This document shows, in pieces, positions 16,754-24,754 of a DNA stretch of 26,156 bases. The DNA is from Patescibacteria group bacterium (GTDB lineage Bacteria; Patescibacteriota; UBA1384; CAILIB01): assembly GCA_018968785.1 (NCBI GenBank), contig JAGWZN010000001.1:1-26156 (forward strand). Direction: 5' to 3'. The notes below the pieces were generated by a model. The model was not told where the DNA came from and ran no database searches. It saw only the letters and a program-made list of their open reading frames with translations. The position numbers and the translations under genes are program-made. Numbering within the stretch: the first letter of the stretch is position 1; every line of letters starts with the position of its first letter.

Positions 16754-17116
16754 TTATTTATTGGTATTAAGAATGGTGTCCACTTTCTGGGTTTGAGATG
16801 TGGTCGACTGGGTAAGCATGTTTTGCAGCTTGTCGATTGACGGCCTTAGTAGCTCGATCCCACCGAGCGCGTGAAACATATACCCGAGCAGCCCCACGAT
16901 AATCACCGTGCCAACCATCGCTCCAATCGCTGTCATAAAACCGCTCCAAAAGCTCCTCCACATCATCCGCCACGGATGATGGTACGCGAGATCTACCGCC
17001 TGAACCAACCGTTCGATGCTAACCTCGTGAGGACTCTGAAAGTCGGAAAAATCGGTTACCCGCTGTTCGGATACAGTCGCCGGCGCGGTCGTGGAAGGGG
17101 AAACGGTTGCGTTCAT
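16754..17116 (-). CDS. Small membrane protein, DUF5665-like
   Basis: PWRMMWRSFWSGFMTAIGAMVG...LLG hydrophobic segment resembles DUF5665 (recalled, not searched); it is the first gene of the zwf/gnd run. Confidence 0.6.
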   Translation of the reverse strand: MNATVSPSTTAPATVSEQRVTDFSDFQSPHEVSIERLVQAVDLAYHHPWRMMWRSFWSGFMTAIGAMVGTVIIVGLLGYMFHALGGIELLRPSIDKLQNMLTQSTTSQTQKVDTILNTNK

Positions 17117-17137
17117 AGGTAATGGTTATTCGCATAC

Positions 17138-17147
17138 TATTGTAACA
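17138..17147. promoter_or_regulatory. Overlapping divergent -10 elements (TATTGT on +, TGtTACAAT on -)
   Basis: On +, TATTGT 17138-17143 is followed by 6 nt and ATG 17150. On -, the extended -10 TGtTACAAT at 17147-17139 points to ATG 17116. Confidence 0.5.
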
Positions 17148-17149
17148 CA

Positions 17150-18199
17150 ATGCTAAAAGGATTTTGGAATACTCTGCCGGTGCCGATAATCGGCCTTTCG
17201 CCCATGGACGGTGTTACCGATGCCGCTTTCCGTTATCTGACCGCGCGGCACGGAAAGCCGGACGTTATTTTTACTGAATTTGTTTCCGTGGAAGGCATTG
17301 CCGCCGGCGCGGTACGGCTGCTAGAAGAGCTCCGGTTTGATCCGATTGAGCGGCCGATTGTCGCCCAACTGTTTGGCGCCGACCCATCCGCCTTCTTTAA
17401 AGCGGCAGTTGTTGTTTCCTGCCTCGGTTTTGACGGCATTGATATCAATATGGGCTGCCCCAGCAAAAGCGTTACCGGCCACGGCGGTGGCGCGGCGCTC
17501 ATACTGGATCCGGATCGCGCGCGGGAGATAGTCCGTCAAACCAGAGCCGGAACCGAGGCATGGGCTAACGGCCTCACCCCTTCCCAAACCGGTTTACCCG
17601 ATCAGATTATCGCCGTTCTACCGAAACTGATCGAACCGCGCCAACCCCTGCCGGTTTCCGTAAAAACGCGGATCGGGTACGACCGGCCCGTCATCGACCG
17701 CTGGATTCCGACCCTGCTGGAAACCGAACCGGCGGTTATCAGTTTACACGGTCGGACTTTGAAACAGCTATATACCGGAGAAGCGGATTGGGAGGCGATT
17801 GGCACGGCAGCCGCGATGATCCGATCCACGGAAACGAAACTGCTCGGAAACGGCGACGTGCGCACCGTTACCGAGGCAAGAGAACGGTGCCGGCAGTACG
17901 AAACCGCCGGAGCGCTCATTGGCCGGGCGGCCCAGGGTAATCCTTGGGTTTTTCAAGATTACATACCTACCTGGACAGAACGGCTGAAGGTGGCGCTTGA
18001 GCACGCCCGCTATTTTGCCAGGTTCTTCCCCGAACCCGCTTTTGTGCGGATGCGTAAGCATCTGTTGGATTACATCAAAGGTGTAGAAGGTGCCAAAGAA
18101 ATCCGGAACTCACTCATGCGAGTAACCTGCCTATCGGAGGTAGAGGCAATACTGGCGGAGTTGATCTCTACTGCTGAAACGACGAGTGTGATACACTAA
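17150..18199 (+). CDS. dus: tRNA-dihydrouridine synthase
   Basis: LSPMDGVTD, AQLFG, IDINMGCP (catalytic Cys), SVKTRIG, ISLHGRT, GNGDV, LIGRAAQGNPW. Confidence 0.93.
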   Translation: MLKGFWNTLPVPIIGLSPMDGVTDAAFRYLTARHGKPDVIFTEFVSVEGIAAGAVRLLEELRFDPIERPIVAQLFGADPSAFFKAAVVVSCLGFDGIDINMGCPSKSVTGHGGGAALILDPDRAREIVRQTRAGTEAWANGLTPSQTGLPDQIIAVLPKLIEPRQPLPVSVKTRIGYDRPVIDRWIPTLLETEPAVISLHGRTLKQLYTGEADWEAIGTAAAMIRSTETKLLGNGDVRTVTEARERCRQYETAGALIGRAAQGNPWVFQDYIPTWTERLKVALEHARYFARFFPEPAFVRMRKHLLDYIKGVEGAKEIRNSLMRVTCLSEVEAILAELISTAETTSVIH

Positions 18200-18203
18200 A
18201 CGT
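18189..18203 (+). promoter_or_regulatory. Extended -10 (TGaTACACT) 6 nt upstream of the dedA ATG
   Basis: gTGaTACACT-aaacgt-ATG, overlapping the last codons of dus; no SD. Confidence 0.5.
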
Positions 18204-18812
18204 ATGTCCTATATTGATCTCATTTTCCGGGCCGGCCCGATTTTAGCCTACGTTTTCATTTTTATTATTATCTTCGCCGAATGCGGTCTGTTTATCGGTT
18301 TTTTCCTCCCGGGCGACAGCCTGCTCCTACCACTCGGATTACTCGCTTCGCAAGGCAAAATCAGTGTCGTAACTGTTATTCTCCTGGCCTCTATTGCCAG
18401 CTTTCTGGGAAACTGGGTTGGTTACTGGTTCGGCAAACGAGTCGGACCGGCGCTTTTTTCCAGACCGGATTCCCGCTTTTTTAAACAGAAGAATTTACGC
18501 AAAGCTCATACTTTTTATGAGAAATACGGAGCAAAGACGATCTTCCTGGCCCGGTTCGTTCCGGTAGTTCGGACGTTCGCGCCGATTGTCGCCGGTATAG
18601 GCGAGATGAGATACCATACGTTTACCATTTATAACGCGGTAAGCGGCGTTATTTGGGTGTGCGCGGTCACATTGGCCGGATATTTCCTTGGCAACTCTAT
18701 TCCCAATATTGACCATTACATACTTCTCATAGTCGCTTTGATTATTGTCGCTTCCGTCGTTCCGATTCTCTTCCACCTCAAATCCAGCCGGGGCAAGGCT
18801 GATCATGTCTGA
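18204..18812 (+). CDS. dedA: DedA/VTT-family membrane protein
   Basis: IFAECGLFIGFFLPGDSLL, GYWFG, FYEKYG, ARFVPVVRTFAPIVAG. Confidence 0.93.
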   Translation: MSYIDLIFRAGPILAYVFIFIIIFAECGLFIGFFLPGDSLLLPLGLLASQGKISVVTVILLASIASFLGNWVGYWFGKRVGPALFSRPDSRFFKQKNLRKAHTFYEKYGAKTIFLARFVPVVRTFAPIVAGIGEMRYHTFTIYNAVSGVIWVCAVTLAGYFLGNSIPNIDHYILLIVALIIVASVVPILFHLKSSRGKADHV

Positions 18813-19839
18813 GAATCATCAGTCACACTTAATCCGCGTATTCGCCAGCCTGGTTATCGCCAGCCTGCTGACATACTGCCTTTACCTCCTCCTGAAGCCG
18901 TTTATTCTGCCGGTTCTGGTAGGAGGTATTCTGACATTGCTCAGTCGTCCGATTTACCTGCTTTTTTACCAGTTAAGCCGGAGTGCCACATTGGCAGCCT
19001 TCCTCACTGTTATCTCTATTTTAATGCTGGTCTTGGGGCCGTTAGCCTTACTTGCTACCGTACTGATCGGTGAAATCGGCATCGTCCGGAGCGGGATCAG
19101 TACTGCCCCCCACGCTTTAAGTATCGCTAACACCTTACTCAACCAAGGGGTACATAAGCTCAATCTCGGAATAGGCCAGATTAACCTGCATGACCTTATC
19201 TTAACCGTGCTCAGCTATATCGGTAGTAAAAGTTCTTGGGTTGTAGGCAGTGTTTTCGGCACCATCGGCACGATTTTTCTGGCGATGGTTACCACTTTTT
19301 ACCTTCTCCAATGCCATGAGCAGATCCGACCGATTGTCCGTAAGTTCAGTCCGCTCTCCCGATCTGATACCGACCTTATTATGACTCGCGCGAAAGAAGT
19401 GGTATGGGCGGCAGTAAGCGGCAACCTGGTTCTTATCTCATTGGAAGGCGTAACGGCTATGCTTGGATTTTACATCTTCGGTCTGAGCGCTCCGGTACTT
19501 TTAGGAGTGTTGTACGGGATATCTTCTCTCATACCCACCATTGGCGCTTCTCTGGTCTGGATACCGGTCGTCATCTACGAGTTTCTCGCTGGTAACTTTT
19601 TTGCCGGCATCGGTATCGTCGCCTGGGTTCTCTGTCAGGCTATCCTCTACGATAATTACCTGGGCCCCCATCTCATCCAACGGCGCGCCCATCTGCACCC
19701 CTTCCTGATTCTTCTTGGCATTTTAGGGGGTGTTGCCCAGTTTGGCGTGGCGGGAATTATCCTAGGCCCCACCCTGGTCGCGCTGGGAATTGTCGGACTA
19801 GAGATCTGGCACCACGCCTGGCTACCTCACGAAGAGTAA
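18805..19839 (+). CDS. AI-2E family transporter (PerM/TqsA-like)
   Basis: Multiple TM helices, LIPTIG, DNYLGP...LHP...GILGG...G..GIILGP motif. ATG 18805 overlaps the end of dedA. Confidence 0.88.
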   Translation: MSENHQSHLIRVFASLVIASLLTYCLYLLLKPFILPVLVGGILTLLSRPIYLLFYQLSRSATLAAFLTVISILMLVLGPLALLATVLIGEIGIVRSGISTAPHALSIANTLLNQGVHKLNLGIGQINLHDLILTVLSYIGSKSSWVVGSVFGTIGTIFLAMVTTFYLLQCHEQIRPIVRKFSPLSRSDTDLIMTRAKEVVWAAVSGNLVLISLEGVTAMLGFYIFGLSAPVLLGVLYGISSLIPTIGASLVWIPVVIYEFLAGNFFAGIGIVAWVLCQAILYDNYLGPHLIQRRAHLHPFLILLGILGGVAQFGVAGIILGPTLVALGIVGLEIWHHAWLPHEE

Positions 19840-19843
19840 CGGA

Positions 19844-21046
19844 TTAAAGAAGGAATTTTCCTTTTTCATAAATAACCTGTCTAGTGCCGTCCGCGAGAAA
19901 AGCGGTAACCGTACGGGACAGGGTAGAGACAATATCGGTGTGCACCGGCGACTCATTGTATCCCATTGCGTCCCATTGCTTATCGCTTACTGTGCTCGAG
20001 ACGTCAGGATAAGAGTCCTTATACGCGTTGCCGAGCGCCAGATGGGTATTACCTTCCGGGCCGCCCATATTCTCATCAAATAACGTTTCACCCATCACTT
20101 TAGTAATCCGGGAAAACCGGCTGTCGGTTAAGGAGAATTCACCGATCTTATCAGCGTTCTCGCTGGCAATCATCTCTTTGAGTAATTTTTCATTCTTTTT
20201 CGCGGTAGCTTCTACCACCTGACCATTCCGGAAGCGAAGTGAAATATCCTCAATCACATTTCCGTACCGGTAAAGCGGTTGATTAAAAGCAATCTTTCCT
20301 TCCGTCTTTCGCCAATCGGGAGAAATAAACAGCTCAAAACTGGGAATATTCCGTCCGCCACCGCCCAGCCAACGCCGATTCGGTCCGATACCCACTTTTA
20401 GATCGATCCCATCCGCCTCCAGATGTAGATAATCGATCTCCAACTTATTGAGCGCCGATTGGATCCGTTTAATCTCGGTAAAGGTTTTTCTCCAAGCGGC
20501 AATCGGATCCGGCTGATCCAGATAACAGGCTACTATGATCTCCTGCCAATACTCTTCTAACGTCATCTTGGCATCTTTGGCCATGGCCAAAGTGCCATAC
20601 ATGCCAAGCGTCCAGGTAAATTTCCCGGCCGCTTCTTTTTTATCCCGCCACTCACGGTACGGCTTCATGCTATTCGCCCGTTCCAGGATTTTTTTCGGAT
20701 CAACCTCCTTCAGTTCATACTTATCGTACTCGGCGATTACGGCCACGGAGTGATCGCACTGATCAACCAAGCCGCGGAAATACTGCTCCGGAAAGAAGAT
20801 CAATTGGTCATGCGAGGCCAGGCTGTAGTACCGGTCAGCCTGAACACCGTCCGGCAGATACTGCATGATCGGGTAAGCGCCGGCTTTTAATACCGTATCC
20901 CGCAACGGCACGTACATCGGCTTGGCGCACTCCGGTACCTGAACCAGCACCACTTCACCCCGCTTCACCCCTTTACCGCTGTTTAAGGCAAAGTTAATAA
21001 GCACCTGAGCGTACCGTTCCAATATCTGTTCTGATGGTGTATACAT
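19844..21046 (-). CDS. Aminopeptidase, peptidase family M29
   Basis: YAQVLINFAL, NIPSFELF, IGEFSL, LFDENMGG, HLALG and HTD metal-ligand motifs. Confidence 0.9.
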   Translation of the reverse strand: MYTPSEQILERYAQVLINFALNSGKGVKRGEVVLVQVPECAKPMYVPLRDTVLKAGAYPIMQYLPDGVQADRYYSLASHDQLIFFPEQYFRGLVDQCDHSVAVIAEYDKYELKEVDPKKILERANSMKPYREWRDKKEAAGKFTWTLGMYGTLAMAKDAKMTLEEYWQEIIVACYLDQPDPIAAWRKTFTEIKRIQSALNKLEIDYLHLEADGIDLKVGIGPNRRWLGGGGRNIPSFELFISPDWRKTEGKIAFNQPLYRYGNVIEDISLRFRNGQVVEATAKKNEKLLKEMIASENADKIGEFSLTDSRFSRITKVMGETLFDENMGGPEGNTHLALGNAYKDSYPDVSSTVSDKQWDAMGYNESPVHTDIVSTLSRTVTAFLADGTRQVIYEKGKFLL

Positions 21047-21112
21047 GGCAAATAATTAGGAATGAAAGGAAAGCAAGAATGAGGGGAGGCCTCACTTTCC
21101 GTATCTATTTTT

Positions 21113-21556
21113 CTATTTTATACCGGTGGTACCGAAACCGCCCCGACTAGGACTGTCCAGGTTTTCAACCGTTTCAATTGGCCACTGCGCATACGGAAGA
21201 ATAACTACCTGAGCAATCCGGTCACCCTTTTCTATACGTACCACTTCCGCGGTGAAGTTGTAAACCACTGCCCTATATTCATCTTCATTTCCACAGTAAT
21301 CCTGATCCATTATTCCCAATCCGTTGGCCAGCATTAATCCGCGTTTCCAAAGAGAGCTGCGGGCCGCTAATAACGCCCAGTGGCCGTCCGGGGGCTTGAT
21401 GGCCACGTTCAGCGGTACGATACCGGTACTGTGCGGAGCGATCTCCACATCCTGACGAACGGCAAGGTCAAAGGCGGCCGCTCCGGTCGTTTTGTAGCAC
21501 GGTAGCGGCAGCGTGGTATCGAACTGCTTTATGAGGATTTTCTGACTCTTAGACAT
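21113..21556 (-). CDS. dut: Trimeric dUTP diphosphatase
   Basis: GAAAFDL, ARSS, GIMDQDYCG, DRIAQ, RGGFGTTG (motifs 1-5). Confidence 0.93.
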   Translation of the reverse strand: MSKSQKILIKQFDTTLPLPCYKTTGAAAFDLAVRQDVEIAPHSTGIVPLNVAIKPPDGHWALLAARSSLWKRGLMLANGLGIMDQDYCGNEDEYRAVVYNFTAEVVRIEKGDRIAQVVILPYAQWPIETVENLDSPSRGGFGTTGIK

Positions 21557-22307
21557 AGGCTCTGGTTACTAGTTCATTAAGAATGATACCAAAACTTACG
21601 GCGACATTCAGCGACTCCGCTTTGCCCCGCCCGGGAATAGTGTAGACACTATCGGTAATTTCTTGAATAGCCCGTGGCAGGCCGGCGGCTTCGCTTCCCA
21701 TTACCAAGCATAACCGTTCAAACTGACCGACTAAACCGGTACTTCCATGCGCCTCCGCGGCAATAAGATGGTAGCCAGCCGCTTTGGCCTGTCTTAAATC
21801 ACTTTCCAGATCATGACTTTCGAACAGTTTAACATGAAATAACGATCCCATTGCCGCCCGCACCACTTTCTCATTGTACGGATCAACCGCGTCCGGGCTG
21901 AGGATTATTCCGGTTACTCCAAACCAGTCCGCCGTCCGGATGATACTTCCCAGATTGCCCGGATCGGATACGCCAGCCACCGCGACAATAATCGGCCCGA
22001 GAAGCGCGTCATTCAGACGGTAGGACGGCTGCCGAACTACCCCGATTACCCCCGGCGGCGTCATCACCGTCGAAATCGAATCCATGGTCCGACTATCCAC
22101 AACCTCATAAGATTGCCCCAGACGGCCAAGCCATTCTCGCTTCTCTTCTTCTGCTTCCCGGGTAACGAACAGCCGCGAAATCTCCCAATCGGCTGCAGCC
22201 GCATCCTGAACAATCTTATCTCCTTCAATGAGAAACGCCTGGTGCTCTTCTCGCCCCTTTTTCGTCTTGAGCGCCCGCACCGATTTCAGTTCGGCCGATG
22301 TAATCAT
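21549..22307 (-). CDS. TrmH/SpoU-family RNA 2'-O-methyltransferase
   Basis: FLIEG, DPGNLGSIIRTADWFG, KVVRAAMGS, VMGSEAAGL, ESLNVAV. Confidence 0.9.
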   Translation of the reverse strand: MITSAELKSVRALKTKKGREEHQAFLIEGDKIVQDAAAADWEISRLFVTREAEEEKREWLGRLGQSYEVVDSRTMDSISTVMTPPGVIGVVRQPSYRLNDALLGPIIVAVAGVSDPGNLGSIIRTADWFGVTGIILSPDAVDPYNEKVVRAAMGSLFHVKLFESHDLESDLRQAKAAGYHLIAAEAHGSTGLVGQFERLCLVMGSEAAGLPRAIQEITDSVYTIPGRGKAESLNVAVSFGIILNELVTRAYV

Positions 22308-23476
22308 TTCACCTCCTCCAGGTTATACCCCAACTCGGCGCAGGCCAGCAGAAAAATACCGGCTCCCCAAGCCCAGGGATTCTCGCTTTTATAGAGAGGC
22401 GTGCGCACCGCTTTCCCCTTATTGTATATCTCATGCACTGTGCCGTCCCGAACAATTACATCGGCAATCCGTTCTAAGATATTGGCCGCCAAAGCCGGTT
22501 CCCCGCATTTCTGTTTGGCGATCGCGTCGACACAACCAAGCCAGGTCCAGGAAAAACCGACGTGGTAATCTTTCATCCCGCCGACCCGGTTATAGATACA
22601 GATCCGCCAGAAGTCATACTGGTCGTAAGCCAGCCGGATCGGTACCTCGTCTTCCAGGGCAAGCGCCGTAATTTTTTCCTGAATTTTCTCCGCCTGCTGC
22701 GGCGTGGCAATATCCCACCAGACTGCCAGCAGGTTTCCATCAGTAGCAAAGTGATGGTGCCGATGGGTACCGTACCAGTCACTAAAGTAACCGCCGTCAT
22801 CATCCGACCAGAGCCACTTCTGAATTGACGCGCGCACCCGTTCGGCCCGTTGCCGGTACGATTCAGCTTTTTCCTCTTCTCCGAACTGACGACTCATCTC
22901 TTCCATAGTCCAGAGCGCTTTCAGATAACACATATTGGTGAATGATATCGCCCCCCGTTTTAGCACGCTCTCCGCCCAACCGCCTCCCATTGCCTCCTTT
23001 AACAACTCCTTCTCGTCAACTTGCCGGGACAGAAACTCCATAACCCGGTGCAGTTGGTCAATGTGATCGCGCGCGAACTGTTCATCTCCCGACTGCTGAA
23101 TATAATCCCAGAAAGCGATAATCAAGATTGGGTCTTGAGCGATACTTTGCGCCACCAAGTAGGAGTTGCGAAAGGTCGGCCGCTGCAGCGCCGGATCATG
23201 ACTGAGCGGTATACCAATATACCGCATCCAGTACAAAGGATGGGCAATCCGTTTTGGAATTGACCCTTTTGGGTTTTGTAGAGCCAGGTAAGTTTCCAGA
23301 TTTTGCTTGACAATGGCAAAATCACCAATCCTGCATGCGCCCATACCGGCGAAAAACGAATCCCAGCTCCAATACACCAGTCGGGATCCAGAGATGATCC
23401 CTCGCTCTCGGTAGCACCAGCGTAAATCTTTTTTCGCGATATCAATTGCCGCTCGAATTCTCTCAGCCGCCTCCAT
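22304..23476 (-). CDS. Six-hairpin (alpha/alpha)6 glycosidase (amylo-alpha-1,6-glucosidase/GH100/GH63-like superfamily)
   Basis: YWSWDSFF, WDYIQQSGD, TNMCYLKAL, GYFSD, DGNLLA, DYHVGFSWTW, HEIY; no signal peptide. Confidence 0.7.
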   Translation of the reverse strand: MEAAERIRAAIDIAKKDLRWCYRERGIISGSRLVYWSWDSFFAGMGACRIGDFAIVKQNLETYLALQNPKGSIPKRIAHPLYWMRYIGIPLSHDPALQRPTFRNSYLVAQSIAQDPILIIAFWDYIQQSGDEQFARDHIDQLHRVMEFLSRQVDEKELLKEAMGGGWAESVLKRGAISFTNMCYLKALWTMEEMSRQFGEEEKAESYRQRAERVRASIQKWLWSDDDGGYFSDWYGTHRHHHFATDGNLLAVWWDIATPQQAEKIQEKITALALEDEVPIRLAYDQYDFWRICIYNRVGGMKDYHVGFSWTWLGCVDAIAKQKCGEPALAANILERIADVIVRDGTVHEIYNKGKAVRTPLYKSENPWAWGAGIFLLACAELGYNLEEVK

Positions 23477-24111
23477 CAGTCCACCCCCTCATTGACCTGA
23501 AACCAGGCCAGGACCAAGGCCAGTTTTTCTCTCAAGAGGTACGCGTCATAGGTGTAATCGAATAGCGAGCCGTTGGAAAAGTCCGGCGCCACAAACCCAA
23601 TCGCCTCAACACCCAACTGCCTACAGGTGTATACGGCTCGCAACAGATGGTCTTTTTGAGTAATAATGGTCAACGTATGAAGACCGAACTGTTCTTTTGC
23701 TCGTAAACAGCTATCATACGTCCGCAGTCCGGCGGGATCTTCCCGAATCGCCGATGCCGGTACCCCGGCTTTCTCGGCGTATCCGGCCATTACCTCCACC
23801 TCGTTATAATCCGGCTTCCGGCCGTCACCGCTCATGAGCAACACATTCACTTTACCGTCTTGGAATAGGGTCACCCCGGCGGAAAGCCGGTAGGCTAACG
23901 CTTCGCTGGGAATACTGTTTTTAATAATCTCGGCCCCCAGCACCATTCCCACCGGATTAGCCGGAATCTCCGTCGGATCGGCATATATATATCGATCCAC
24001 TTTCTGATGGACCATCCGGCTGACCCAGACAACTAAACCGGCCGATAACAAGCCGATTACAACAACAAAAAAGAAAATATGGCGCAGCGACCGTATCATT
24101 TTCTGAATCAT
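23476..24111 (-). CDS. SanA/YdcF (DUF218) family protein
   Basis: N-terminal TM, VLGA, RL..G..L, LLMSGD, YNEVEVM, GLRTYDS, ITQKDHLLRA. The start may be 24120, 24111 or 24099. Confidence 0.88.
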   Translation of the reverse strand: MIQKMIRSLRHIFFFVVVIGLLSAGLVVWVSRMVHQKVDRYIYADPTEIPANPVGMVLGAEIIKNSIPSEALAYRLSAGVTLFQDGKVNVLLMSGDGRKPDYNEVEVMAGYAEKAGVPASAIREDPAGLRTYDSCLRAKEQFGLHTLTIITQKDHLLRAVYTCRQLGVEAIGFVAPDFSNGSLFDYTYDAYLLREKLALVLAWFQVNEGVD

Positions 24112-24118
24112 CTTTCTC

Positions 24119-24128
24119 ATGATAGCAT
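24119..24128. promoter_or_regulatory. Overlapping divergent extended -10 elements (TGaTAGCAT on +, TGcTATCAT on -)
   Basis: On +, TAGCAT 24123-24128 is followed by 6 nt and ATG 24135. On -, TATCAT 24124-24119 is followed by 7 nt and ATG 24111. Confidence 0.55.
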
Positions 24129-24134
24129 AGATGT

Positions 24135-24746
24135 ATGGATCAGTCCGTATCTCCCACTACTTTCTTGTTCATCCGCCACGCTCAAACCGTATGGAATAAA
24201 GAGCAGCGTCATGCCGGTAGCACGGAGGTGCCACTCTCCGACCAGGCCGGTCATCAGATAGCCAAACTAACTCGCAAGATCGGCAAAGCCGAGGTTAAAA
24301 TTACCGCTCTTTACTCCTCGCCTCTTTCCCGCTGCCGGTTCACGATCGCTCCGTTAAGCCGGGAGCTGCATCTGCCGGTTACTATCTCCGACAATCTAAA
24401 GGAGCGCGGTTTAGGCGACTGGGAAGGCCGATCGCCGGTTGATCTTGCACCGCTCCATCCCGGCTACCACTTTCCGGATAGCGCCTACACCGGCGAGTTC
24501 CGCATTCCCCATGCCGAGCCGCTGGAAGAGCTGGAGCAGCGTATCCGCGCCTTTCTCAATGAGGTACATGACCAGCATCCGGGCGAACAGGTCGCTATCT
24601 GCACCCATTCCGGCGTTATCTGGACGATTCATCACCGGATCGCTACCAACCCGCCTGACCGTTTTATCTGGCCGGGTAACTGTTCGATTACTACCATCGT
24701 TAGCGAACAGAACCATTTTAAACTGACGGCTTACGAAGAGATCTAG
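24135..24746 (+). CDS. Histidine phosphatase (phosphoglycerate-mutase-like) family protein
   Basis: FIRHAQT (RHx motif), SSPLSR, ERGLGDWEG, CTHSG. Confidence 0.88.
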   Translation: MDQSVSPTTFLFIRHAQTVWNKEQRHAGSTEVPLSDQAGHQIAKLTRKIGKAEVKITALYSSPLSRCRFTIAPLSRELHLPVTISDNLKERGLGDWEGRSPVDLAPLHPGYHFPDSAYTGEFRIPHAEPLEELEQRIRAFLNEVHDQHPGEQVAICTHSGVIWTIHHRIATNPPDRFIWPGNCSITTIVSEQNHFKLTAYEEI

Positions 24747-24754
24747 GGGTAACG

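Noticed and set aside
21067-21090. Weak hairpin (tgagg...cctca) between dut and the aminopeptidase
   Set aside because: Only a 5-bp stem with an interrupted pyrimidine tail; insufficient to call a terminator.
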